NCBI RefSeq assembly: GCF_003918875.1
Contig: NW_025765225.1
Coordinates: 1,550,001-1,614,000, forward strand
Length of the DNA stretch: 64,000 nucleotides
Direction: 5' to 3'
Source of the DNA: Haliotis rubra
Taxonomy: Eukaryota
Below the pieces are notes generated by a model, which worked only from the letters and a program-made list of their open reading frames with translations, was not told the DNA's origin and searched no databases. Within the stretch, counting starts at the first letter, position 1. The number at the start of each line of letters is the position of its first letter. Positions 51,716 through 64,000 of this stretch are shown one piece after another. The position numbers and the translations under genes were made by a program.

Positions 51716-51957
51716 GACCCGTGAAGATCCGGGTTAGAATTGATCTTCAGTAACCCATGGTTGTCGTTAAAGGAGACTAACTGGATCGGTCAGGTTCGCT
51801 GACTTGGTTGACACATGTTATCGTATCCCAATTGTGTAGGTCGATGCTCATGCTGTTGATCACTGGATTGTCTTGTCTAGACTCGATTATTAACAGACCA
51901 GCGCCATATAGCTGGAATATTGCTGAGCGCGGCGTAAAACTAAACTCACTCACTCAC
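51716..51957 (+). mobile_element. SINE-like family B, full length
   Basis: GACCCGTGAAGATCCGGGTTAGAATTGATCTTCAGTAACCC...GCTGGAATATTGCTGAGCGCGGCGTAAAACTAA(ACTC)n. Confidence 0.9.
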
Positions 51958-52294
51958 TTTAACGAGCTAATAATCGCTTTTTCACGTTATAATCCATCAT
52001 ATAATCAACTTTTTCGCCTCACTATCTACCACACATCTATTTGCCCTTTTATAACGTCATCAAGTAATCATCTGCTGTATAGTGCCGCAGTGATTTCACA
52101 TGCAGCACGCAAATCCGCCATCACGTCATTATATTAAACAGTCACCATCTGTCACCTAATCACGGCGATTGTCACTTACCAGATGATCCCGTTAGCACGT
52201 GAACAACACGCAAAGTAGTAATGCGATAGCATCAAGTCGTAATGTTACCACGTACCAAGGGCATCATCATCTTCCGTATCATCCCGTCATCATG

Positions 52295-53265
52295 TCACCC
52301 TCTACCACATACTCCCATGACCATCAACTACATAATCCCATCATCACGTCACCTTAAAGCTTGACCAACATAATCACTTCACCATCTACCACATACTCCC
52401 ATGACCATCAACTACATAATCCCGTCACCTTCACCAACATAATCACTTCACCCTCTACTACATACTCCCATGACCATCAACTACATAATCCCGTCACCTT
52501 AACCAACATAATCACTTCACCATCTACCACATACTCCCATGACCATCAACTACATAATCCCGTCATCTTCACCAACATAATCACTTCACCCTCTACTACA
52601 TACTCCCATGACCATCAACTACATAATCCCGTCACTCTTCACCAACATAAACACTTCACCATCTACCACATACTCCCATGACCATCAACTACATAATCCC
52701 GTCACCTTAACCAACATAATCCCTTCACCCTCTACTACATACTCCCATGACCATCAACTACATAATCCCGTCACCTTCACCAACATAATCACTTCACCCT
52801 CTACTACATACTCCCATGACCATCAACTACATAATCCCGTCACCTTCACCAACATAATCACTTCACCATCTACCACATACTCCCATGACCATCAACTACA
52901 TAATCCCGTCACCTTCACCAACATAATCCCACTTCATAATCCCTCTTCACTAACATAATCATTCACCCTCCTACATACTCCCATGACCATCAACTACATA
53001 ATCCCGTCACCTTAACCAACATAATCACTTCACCATCTACCACATACTCCCATGACCATCAACTACATAATCCCGTCACCTTCACCAACATAATCACTTC
53101 ACCCTCTACTACATACTCCCATGAACATCTACTACATAATCCCGTCATCATATTACCTGCACCAACATAATCACTTTGCCATCTACCACATAATTCCGTC
53201 ACCTTCAGCATCATAATCACGTCAACATCTACCACATACTCCCATGAATATCAACTGCATAATCA
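52295..53265. repeat. Minisatellite, 69-bp unit, ~13 copies
   Basis: CATACTCCCATGACCATCAACTACATAATCCCGTCACCTTCACCAACATAATCACTTCACCATCTACCA. Confidence 0.95.
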
Positions 53266-56200
53266 CTCCACAACAAAAAAGAACAACAGAACAACACGTT
53301 ATCAAATCATCATCTACAATGCACTGACATGGACATCATCTACAAAATGATCACTACCACATAGGTCCTTCCATATCTAAACCAAATTAAGCCAAACCTA
53401 CATACCTTCATCACAAAATTATAATCGATCGAACATCAAGTTTAGCTATTATTCCTGTTATAGAAATACCCTTTTGAAAGAGGTTATGTGTGAAATATGC
53501 CTTTAATTACGAATGAAATACTTCTATCTTTCTTTTGAAGCTGAGTCAGCAAACTGTCATGGGTTTCCAGCTAACAGCTCAACTTCCCTCTGTTTTACAG
53601 TCTCAATAATCCCTCACGAATTAGCACAGAAGGATGTCTCCATCTCGGTCTAAATAAATGTTACTTTAAACTAATGTTTTTGAAGAAGCCTGAGATATCA
53701 AAGAATTTATGGTTCAAATTAAAACCAGTGTTTAAATTTTGAGGGAACCAAAGATGCGTTAGGATATTCTGTTTTCTTCTGTTGGTGACATAGCCAATGA
53801 GAAAGTAGCCGATACAAGAAATACGCATGCGTTTCTCTTAGTTACAGAAAGTGTAGTTTAGGTTTGTAGATGTGGCTGGTATGAAGGTGGAGGACATGGA
53901 TGAGAGTATTGGTGTCAGAAAGAGGTGAGGGTTCTGGAAAGGTTGTGAGGATATGGATTTGGGAAATGGGTCGTTAACAGGTTTGAGAATGAATATTCGC
54001 CATGATTATTGAAAGAGTTTTATTGCTGTTCTTGGAATCAAACCCAAAGACTGTCATTGGCATTTGGGTAAAACCGAGAAGAGCATAGCTGTTAGTGAAG
54101 GGGACTAGCGGGAAACGTAACATTCACGACTGCTATGATTACACAATGCCATTTAGAAAGTGGTCAAATGTTTTTGATTGGACTCAACCCAACAAAAGTA
54201 CAAGAATCTGTACTTTGTTAAGAAAGTGTAATCACAAATATGATATATGTTACATTCACGAGGGCATTAGTTTTTACATACAAATAATGACGTTACGTCA
54301 TTTCGTCATACGTTACATTCCGAGGAAAAACATAACACAGAATGTAAGGATTCAGGCATTCAAAGAACTTTCTTTTCAAACCGGTTAAATCTTAAATATC
54401 TAAGTAGGGATTCAATATGAAAAACATTTTTATTACCTTTTGATTACATTTGAGAAAAAAGGAACGTAGGTTTCATGACAGAAGGAAAAAATGTAGTTTT
54501 TTGTGTTAAGGCTGTCCGAGTGACATGATTCATGTTATAAGACCAGTCACGCCACAAACGTAGCTGCCACCGGGAAAGATATTGCTTGAACAGATTTTAA
54601 CATAAGGATAAAACCGAAAACAATGTAATGGAAAATAAACATGAACATAAAACGTGAACACCAGCGAAAATCAGAAAAATTGTCGAAACTGATTCTATAT
54701 ATAAAAACAGAAGGGGAAAGTGTCTCCAGTATTGAAGAGTTGTTTTTTTCATTCCTTTTATTATGTAAAACATGAATATATTGTATTTTCATGCATATAT
54801 GGAGGGACCCTGCCAGAATGGTAATTTCTTATTAATATTTGCCATAACAGTTTACAATGCAATATAAGGTTGAAAAGTATAAGAATGAAAAACAAAAACA
54901 AATCCGGTTTAGATCTATAATATTATATATGTGCCTTTAAAGAACGAAAAATAAATCATGTATAAATTACCTTACCTGAAGACTTCGGAGTGGATTTATC
55001 TGCACGGTTCCCAGCTGTAGCCTCTGTGTATACTGGTCCTTGAAGCAAAGGCTTTCGTTAATGTAGGTTTACAACTCAAAATTACTAAGCGTCCATTAAA
55101 TTGACATTAGGCCCACGCTGTTTGAGATCGCCCCGGCCGTGGTGGTGCTAATGGTTCCAGCCAGTCAGCGAGAGAGATGAACAACTGGGTGTTGAATACC
55201 AAGGGCCCTTAGAGCTCTGTGATTGGTCTAGTCAGAATAGTAAGCTCTGCTACAAGCTTGGCGATTCTACCTTCACACTGCACAATGGTAATGGATGGTT
55301 GTATTGAAGCCTCTGTCGAGTGTTACAACTGCTATTAAGAACGTCAATATATATAGCGAGATTAAAGTTTAACTATTTACGAGGGATTGGTTGTGGGGGA
55401 AGGGAAGTGGTGAAATGCTAATAGCTCAGACCGGGATAAATTACGGATATGCAAAGCTGTCCATGCTGCTAATGAGTAGTGTTGAGTGGGAAGGCCTTTC
55501 AGTTCATCTAATAATGTCGTAAGCCCCGTGTTGCCAGACACAAATGTTTTCACTGTTGGTCGATACAAAGTATTATGAGTGCACTATGTACATCCTCGCC
55601 AACCACGGAACAGGGTGGAGAAGTGTGTGTGTGTATGTGAGAGAGAGAGGAGGTGTGAGCATGTGGCAGTAAGGGTAGTGGGCAGCTGTCGTTAGAGAAA
55701 GAAGTTGTCGTTATCTGGTCAAGATGGTCATGCTGATGTGGACCATCTGTGATAGTCTAGTTTTTTACAGTCCCTCGATGACTGATTATTTAACAACTTA
55801 TATTTATTGTGTATGCAAAGCCTTTCTCGTCACTATATGGCTGAAATATTGCCGAGGTGATGTTAAATTTAACTCACTCACTCATGATTATGTGATCATG
55901 ACGGTGGAACAGAATCCCTGAAAATACCCAATTTTATGTACAGAGAACAGGATACATTGTCGCACTCTTGATAATTGATAAAGAATTCTTTAAAATGTCT
56001 GGAGTGCAAGTATTGATCACGATCAACGGATTATAAAATGTGACCATCTTTCTGTCAACATTCACGTAATTCTTTAAAAAAAACCCCGCCACGTACCATT
56101 TGATTTAGAATTATTTACACCCTTGATCTAATGTTATATATGACCGTCTTTCTGTCAGGATTGATGTAGTCTTTCACCATTGGCATGAGCCGTTCACGTA

Positions 56201-56505
56201 GCGGTATATATTTCAGTCTATCTGTTAACATTTATTCATCTTACTGACAACATTTCAGCCTTGTAGTAGTGGTATATGTGACCGCCTTTCTGCCATGTAG
56301 ACCCTTGAATCATGTTATATGTGTGTAATGGTATACTATGATGTGACTCTTTTAGCCCTTTGATCTTGGTGTAGCGTTATTGATGACCGTCTTTCTGTCA
56401 GGCGCGTCCTTAATGTAGTTATGTCTATGGCACTCATTCCGTCAAATGCATAATTGATTAAGAGTCCTTTCTCTTTGAATTGTCCCCATTATGTAATAAT
56501 ATATT

Positions 56506-56507
<2 letters not shown>

Positions 56508-56562
<55 letters not shown>
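56508..56562. repeat. (CT)n microsatellite
   Basis: Direct reading. Confidence 0.95.
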
Positions 56563-56563
<1 letters not shown>

Positions 56564-56657
56564 GTACATGGAATCTTCATATTATAATGACAGTGTCTTT
56601 GTCATTCACACCCTTGCTGCACTGTTTTATATGACCGACTTTCGGTAAATAGTGATA

Positions 56658-58074
56658 TACATATGGAAAAAAGTATTGCAACAATTATGATTTTGATCAT
56701 TATGATCACCCTTCATGCGTACCACACATTGATTTTAGATAGGCAAGAGTTGTGATCAAAGGCGAGCATCGCGTGCAATACGTGTACCCGTCAGTAAGCA
56801 AATATCTAGTTTCAATAAACTGTTCTTACAGCTTTGTAACATCGAAAATCAATTGATTTCAGTGTTGATATAATAGGCCTCCTCAGCTGACAGCTGCTTG
56901 CAAGAGATGCTGAGGACCCTTGCATAAGATGTCGGTTGTCATCCATCGGCTATCAGCCAACTAACCGTTCAACATCAGCTAATTAATGTTATCGCGGGCC
57001 GTCAGCGTTCAGGTAGAAAACGAAAAAAAACAAGACTGATGTTCCAAAGCCACAGACATCTTGGTTTGTCTGATATATTGTCGTGTATGGAACCAGACAA
57101 TGTATCTGACGCCGGTTGTTATCCGCACAACACTAAGCAGCACAACTGGCCTGGTGTCAAGATCGACGACACTGGAAAGGTATGATGGAGAAGGGTCCAT
57201 TGGACGGAGGAATTTCGATTTATTTTGTTCATGACTGATGGCCGAGCTGGTGTTTGGCGCCACAGATGCACAACGGAATATACTGCACATACTGTTTGGT
57301 GTAGGGGCGCCTCTCACATGACTGTAAACCTGGCCTTGTGACGTGCAGACAAATTTGAATGGGTAACGGTAAATCACTGACATCACAGACAGGGTTGTTG
57401 TACCACATTTCGATGACCGTCCTGTGAACACAAAGCCAGTCTTCATTGACGACAATGCTGGACCACATCGTGCACGTGCCGTTCGTTGGTGATTTCTTAC
57501 GTCAAGACGAGGTAGTATCTCTACCTTCGCCCGCCAAGTATCCATATCCCATCGAGCATGTTTGGGACATTATGGGCCACAGTATACGCCAGAGAGATCT
57601 CCCAGAACAATATCTTGATGCATTGGAACAAGCCCTTCAATTAGAATGGAACGCAATTCATTGTCAATATGTGAGTGAGTTGAATTTTACGCCACACTCA
57701 GCAATATTCTAGCTAAATAGTGGTCATTGTCAATGTGGAGGAAGGTCAAGGATGTCATTGGTTACACCGGATATTGAAACTGTTCTGGATACTTGATTTC
57801 AAAGGATTGTATACCAAAATGGCCGCACTTGTTAACGTCATACGTCCATAATTAACAGCACTACAATTTTAATGTTTGCCATGTTTTCTTCTATGCATAT
57901 AATACAGTTTTCGTTCAATTTGCGTTGATATTTGCCATTTAATTTATCCTTGAGGATCAGTTAACCAGATTGTAAATTAAATCGAGGTTTGGACACGTTC
58001 ATTTGCAATGGTAAATGGTAACATATTGATACTTTGGAAAAATCTGGGGTGCAGGAATACATTTTCCATACGTA
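56658..58074 (+). mobile_element. Decayed Tc1-family transposon with TIRs
   Basis: TIRs TACATATGGAAAAAAGTATT / AATACATTTTCCATACGTA; motifs VFIDDNAGPHRAR and PIEHVWDIMG; SINE tail inserted at ~57671-57715. Confidence 0.8.
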
Positions 58075-58739
58075 TATAACCGTCTTTCTGATACGTGGAC
58101 CATTCCTGTCATTCTATCTCTCAGTTTCTTTATCTCTATAAGCAATACAGTTTGTGCCTTTGAAAACAGAGGATTTGGAGATGTTGCTATCGTCCCTGCT
58201 TAGGTAGAACTATATCTTATTCGATGTTGTTTTAAACAAGTCTTTTGAGATTGTAAGAACGGGCTTTTCAGATGTTGAAATAACTGTGTTATACGTTCGT
58301 TGTGATGCATCTGCACTGACACAGTTATGAGGAAAAACACAATTTAATAGTAATTAAAATATACGCAGGTGCACGAAAAGTATTTTTTGGGGGATAAACT
58401 GCATCCATTAAGTTTTAATGCCACGCCATGTTGTATTTTATTACTTTGACATTAGAATAATATTCATTCCAGCCAGAGATGAGGTATTCTTAGTCTCATA
58501 ATCAAACAACTCAAAACATTTGAAATCAGACATGACATTTAAGCTGGACTGAATAAGTTGCCGCCGTCGCAAGGCACGACGGTGCTGCTGTGTAGTGCTA
58601 GGGAACGAACACACACATTTTATGTACATTATGTGAGTGGCGGGTGCTGGCGGTGCTTATCCTTTTTTCACTGATCCATTCATGTACTTTTAACCTCTAT
58701 TTTACCATTTACGCCCGATGGAATCTGTAGGATACAGGT

Positions 58740-58917
58740 TGGTTAGTTGGTTTGTTGTTTAACACCGCACTCAACAATATTCCAGCTATATGACGGCGAT
58801 CTGTTAATAATGGAATCCAGTGATCAACAGCATGAGCATCGATCTACGCAATTAGGCGCCTCTTACGACAAGCATGGGTTACTGTAGACCAATTCTAACC
58901 CGGTTCTTCACGGGTCT
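58740..58917 (-). mobile_element. SINE-like family B, internal deletions
   Basis: GCCTCTTACGACAAGCATGGGTTACTGTAGACCAATTCTAACCCGGTTCTTCACGGGTC. Confidence 0.85.
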
Positions 58918-60394
58918 GTCGTATAATGACCGATCATTGCCTGGCGCTGACATCCTATATTAATCCTACGAATGTGTTGTTGGAACATTATCAAAGACCA
59001 TTATGGATAACAAATATACCCCGTCAAATTAACACAAAGATGATCAAATGTCCGATAGTAAAGCTAATGCCACCAGCTAAACACATGTACTTATTCACAA
59101 ATTAATCAATCTCACTGTACAGATGTCTACTGGCACCAAGATCAGGAGGGCCACGTTGTATTGGTTTTCTCAATAGTTTGTGACTGAAGGAATGGTTTTC
59201 CTGACAGTCAAAGAGAACACGTGTTGTCATGAAATGAACAGGTTGAGTTACTGTAGATGTTTAACTGAAAAGCCTCTTGACTCTTACGCAGCACGACGTT
59301 AGGTATAAAAATAGTGAAAGAAAAACATAATTGACACAAAAATTCCTTGAAGGAATGGAAGTGGAACATTATCAACCACCTCTGAATCAAGAGCTAGTTT
59401 ATGCTTATAGGCAAATGCGAACTGAACATCTAGCGATGGAGTGAGAGAGTAAAGGACATTTTCAATTATGATAGAGACTAAATTCCCGATGCAATGCCTG
59501 GTGTAGACCATCCCGTCTTGTTTTCGGTACACAGGGAGAATATTGATTCTTCCAGCAAATATTCCACCAAATCCCTGTCTTCAAGATTAACCATAACCCT
59601 AAATACATTCAAGGTATTGAATTGAGAAATGTAGACGTAAATGCCATCTGAAGTCAAAGAAGAAAACAATGCGTCAATGGTTGGCCTTCCCAATAGACAA
59701 CATCTATATACAGATTGTATATGACTAGTGATAAGACATTTAGGCAGGGAATAAGCGGGCATCCCCTGGGCACCAGCTGTAAACTCTTCCTTGTTTGTCT
59801 GGTTTTATCCAAAAGAGTAAGAGTTTCTGCTCGGTTTAGCAACATCATAACATAGAAACCATCTCGCGAACAGCTGGTATCATCACGAGAAACTGATTCA
59901 TTAACAGATGCTCATAAAACGTCTCGTACATGCATTATGGACTCTGCTAGTAGAATATCATTATGGAAATGTTCATTGACATTAATTGATTGTTATGATT
60001 TCTGACTTTCCGAACAGTCTGAGACATTCAGAGACATCAGCCGAGACTTGAGATCTTAGAATCATATACATTTGCGACATATCTGTCGAGAAGTATCCCT
60101 GATATTTGATATATTTAGTTGTCAACTTGTCTTTGTAAAGCGTTTTTAATTCCTACCTTTTCATTGATCATGATCGTAAGTTGCAGTGGTAATTCTGCTG
60201 ATGTACATGGACTTAACATAAGCTTAGATAATTCATGTAATAAATCTGTTGCGGTTGGGTCCAGGTTGAGCTGAGCATAGCAGCAGACTTCTGCAGGTAT
60301 GATCATGTATCATTTGAGCTGAGCATGACTGCAGTCACTGTACAGTGACAACTATCAAGACTTCTCGACAAAATATGTGTTAAAACAGGATATT

Positions 60395-60565
60395 GGGGCG
60401 TGGGGTAGTCTAGTGGTTAAAGCGTTTGCTCGTCACGACGAAGACCCGGGTTCGATTCCCCACATGGGTGCAATGTGTGAAGCCAATTTCTTGTGTCCCC
60501 GCTGTGATATTGCTGGAATATTGCTAAAAGCGGTGTTAAACTGAAATCACTCACTCACTCACTCA
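60395..60565 (+). mobile_element. SINE family A
   Basis: Consensus match. Confidence 0.9.
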
Positions 60566-61517
60566 AAAACCTATTGTTCTGAATCTGAGGCAATCACCAT
60601 TCCTCACAGACAATGTCGAGACAGCAGAGTTCTTCGTCAAACTTTGCCTTGTTCCTCCTGGAACTACACTCTATGATATTGTTCTTGTCTGATAACTATG
60701 CAAATCCCTGTGGTATTGGTGCTGCTTTCAATTTTTGATGTGATGAAATATCCTGCAATATTTACTTTTTACACATTTTGCAACACATGCCTATCCTTCA
60801 TCGAATATATAAATGAGTTACAATTTTTAAACTGAAAAATCCGTAATATAATATCGCGACCTCTGCCTTTGACAAGGGCCGTGATGAAGGATATATGTGC
60901 GCTGATCATGACTATCTGCATGACAGGAAGATCATGTCAGAGAATTAGATTAAACACAAACAGTGAAGTACATAAACAATTTCTAGCATGATACCAACGA
61001 CCACGTCGATTTATTTCCTCATATTTAAAAGTACACAGTTTCAATAGGCGAAAAAGTGTATGAATCTTATTTAAAACATAGTAGTTTCTAAATAATAGTT
61101 TGAGGTATTTTGTTTAATATGATTCCTTCGCTCAACTAGTCTGAGACTAGTAGAGTTCTGTCACTGACCTAGAGCCTGTCACCATCAGCATATTAATCTG
61201 ATTTGGGCCAGTATATGGACTGACTTCAAACAAATGTTTGGTGCAACCATGTGTAATGCAAAAAAACGGTAGATGACTATTTGTAAGCATACTTGAAAAT
61301 ACAAAGTAGAACATGAAAGCTTTGATTGTGTGCGACAACACACACATTCATGACATACAAATCCATCCTGATATTCTCTACTGACATTTTAACAAAATAA
61401 CACACACTTCAGCTTATAACAGCCGATCTTATTCAGTAATTTGGAATGCAACGCTATTACGTATTGTCGTTGGTTCGGGAACAGGCAAAAACATTTACTA
61501 CTGATTGGGATTCATTC

Positions 61518-61684
61518 AGTGAGTGAGTTAGTTTGGTTCTACGCTGCTGTTAGCAATATTCCAGCAATATGATGGCGGGGGACACCAGAAATGGGCTTCA
61601 CACATTGTACTCATGTGGGGAATCGAACCCAGGCCTTCTGCGTGACGAGCGAACGCTTTACCCACCAGGCTACCCCACTGTCCC
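61518..61684 (-). mobile_element. SINE family A
   Basis: Reverse complement of consensus. Confidence 0.9.
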
Positions 61685-62217
61685 TTGGATTCATTTACTG
61701 TCCATCCTTAAACAAGTTGTGCCCTTTTCGTGGCACAGATATTGTCAGCAACAGAACTGCTGTTCGTCTCATTTCTTGTTTCATTCCAATTGTTTCGTAT
61801 ATTTTGCCCTTCAGTTAAAGTTTCTTTCATTTGAAGAAACTACAAAATATCTTGCAAACGTCTCGTTCCAAATGTCAGATAATATATCTACATCATGACT
61901 AAAACATCGGTCAACATGGAATACGTGTGTAAGCTGTATCACCATGGTTACAGTTCCAGTAATGGGACTTATATTGATCTTGCCACGTTTTCTGTGTTTG
62001 CATTTTTGTGCTTGTTGAGAATACTCTTGAATCTGATGACATCAATTTAGGATAGTGGCATGTAATTATTTGGTTAGTAGGAACTTTCGCATTCACTTTA
62101 TTAACAGTGTATGCGTTGTTACAATAAATAGATTATTGTCTAAGAAGTGAAATTAGACTTCAAAGTCAAATCATTTGCACATCCACACATGCAATGATTA
62201 CACTCACATTTCTTATA

Positions 62218-62370
62218 GGGGCGTTGGGGTAGTCTCGAGGTTAAAGAGTTCGCTCGTTACGCCGAAGACCCGGGTTCTATTCCCAACATGGGTACAATGA
62301 ATGAATCCCATTTTTGGTCGTGATGTTGCTGGAATATTGCTAAAAGAGACATAAAACCATACTCACTTAC
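62218..62370 (+). mobile_element. SINE family A
   Basis: Consensus match; flanking ACTCACATTTC direct repeat. Confidence 0.85.
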
Positions 62371-62827
62371 TCACATTTCCTACATACTCTTTCACACGTA
62401 CAATGCTTCCTTTAATAAGGGAGTTTTCAGTACGAAAGATTCCGAATGTTTTGGTCGTACAAACAGTTTTGATGTTCGTGGTCAGGTCAAAATCAAGCTG
62501 AGAGACAGAAGTATGTGCTCGGCGAAACATATGAGCATCTTTCTCTCGTAAAAATCTGCATCAATCACTGAGAAACTCTTCAATCCTCTCAAACGGCGAT
62601 AACAACCCCTTCTTAAAAGCTGGTTTGTCGGAATCTTAAAATAGACTCAAGGTTTCATTATCATAGATATGATTTTGTCGTTTTTGCTCACGCAAATGTA
62701 CAAATACTCCAATTAACAAAATGGATTTCACACATAGTACCCTATATGCTAAATGGAACACGATCTTTCGGCGTGACGAGAAACTATGTCAACACTATAG
62801 TACTATGCTACGTCAACGTCCTTGAAT

Positions 62828-63235
62828 GAACAAGAAGACAAAGTCATCAACATCCCCCGCAATGGCAAAATACTCTTCATGTCAACTTGTTATTATCATG
62901 TCAAATGTTTTGGCATGTATATAGAAATCCCAAACCATCAAAAAAACAGTTCACCACAAAACCTATCTATGTGCCAAGTTTGGTGAAGAAACATTGAACG
63001 GGTTTAAAGTTCTGCACCGAAAAAGAGCACCAACACCAATTTCAGTCGAAGTCAAACTTGTTGCCATGGAAACGCAAAAAGAATTTTATTCGGAAATCCA
63101 AAACTACTAAAAGGCACCAGTTCACCACCAGACCTTTGTACGTGCCAAGTCTGGTGAAGAAATAATAAACGTTTATTATGTTATTGTCCGGAAAAGAGGA
63201 ATTTGCACGGGCAGACGGACGGAGTCCAGTTTAAT
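62828..63235 (+). mobile_element. Probable non-autonomous Helentron/DINE-like element with internal tandem units
   Basis: Starts AACAAGAAG; CAGTTCACCAC...GTGCCAAGT(T/C)TGGTGAAGAAA repeated at ~62948 and ~63118; (GACG)n microsatellite near the end. Confidence 0.5.
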
Positions 63236-63239
63236 ACTG

Positions 63240-63392
63240 AATGAGTCGGATTTTACCCCGCTTTTATCAAATTGAATATTCCCGCAAACTTACGAGGGGG
63301 AACACCAGAAATGAGCTTCGCCACCTATGTGGGAATCGAACAGGTGCCTTTGCCGTGCCAAGCGATCGCCTTAACCACGAGACTACCACACC
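63240..63392 (-). mobile_element. SINE family A, diverged
   Basis: Reverse complement of consensus. Confidence 0.7.
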
Positions 63393-64000
63393 TCTCTTCA
63401 ATGCTCTTGAAGATCCAGTGATGCCAACAGGTGCGTACGAACAAGTACTAGCAACGTGCAATAAACGTTTATTTTCATACTATCCACAGGTGACAAATGA
63501 TTGGCAAATATGACGAATGATAGGAGAAAGTTATCACCGTGGGACTGCTGATCAGTGAGTTCAGTTTACAAGTGACAAATCATTGGCCAAATTCGTCCAC
63601 ACATGATAAATGTTGGGAGCAATGGGAACGGCTTGTTGGACACTTCCACATACAACTGACAGTGCCGTCTACAGGTGTCGGATAATGGATAAATATCAAA
63701 CGTCAGCATTGAGATAAATCGGCCTCGATTATCTTCGAAGCAGATTACATTTGGCACACAAGGCAAAATAGTGGTGAATTATATGAATGTAAGTATTGGT
63801 AAATGGTGTCTACAGATGATGGACGACAGGTAAAGGGATCGACTGTGGACGACTGAGTAGTTTATTCAATCAATTCAGGTCGAGAATGCGAAAACATACA
63901 ACTTTATGGATCACACATTCGGCTTTCTTGCACTTAGCAACGTACTCGATGGAGATTCTCACGCTGTTATGAAGCGGGAGCGAGGGTGAAAACGGTGTCA

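Noticed and set aside
52361-52958. Thr/His-rich mucin-like repeat ORFs
   Set aside because: Translation of a 69-bp minisatellite; frameshifts between units, no signal peptide or splice context
56040-56402. TGACC(G/A)TCTTTCTGTCA repeated at ~100-140-bp spacing (CRISPR-like look)
   Set aside because: Intervening sequences are also mutually similar, so it is a decayed tandem repeat
59400-59650. Possible ankyrin-like exon (DLVEYLLEE...ENKTGWS) after a good minus-strand acceptor at ~59648
   Set aside because: Only one loose motif, closed by a stop; insufficient without a profile search

Overview
AT-rich, repeat-dense animal genomic DNA, not prokaryotic. The repeat content (tRNA-derived SINEs with (ACTC)n tails, Penelope, DIRS, Tc1, Rex1, L2) suggests a mollusc, possibly an abalone-like gastropod; this is an inference. 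There is one assembly gap of about 200 N. The only clearly intact host coding sequence is on the minus strand at 21621-21977. It encodes a 118-aa secreted precursor: a signal peptide plus two tandem 6-cysteine eclosion-hormone-like (EH-like) domains separated by a KR convertase site. This is the most interesting feature. Also present: a probable decayed rhodopsin-family GPCR pseudogene (~31.8-33.6 kb); an RT-deleted DIRS-type tyrosine-recombinase retroelement (~17.4-20.4 kb); four Tc1 copies or relics; two Penelope GIY-YIG fragments with hammerhead-like motifs; an inverted hammerhead-bearing pLTR pair; several LINE 3' ends; hAT- and PIF-like MITEs; more than 30 SINE copies of at least four families, one with a pseudoknot-forming non-tRNA head; and four minisatellite arrays. 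Most short ORFs in the ORF track are spurious. Repeat boundaries were read by eye and are approximate unless a TSD or TIR is given.
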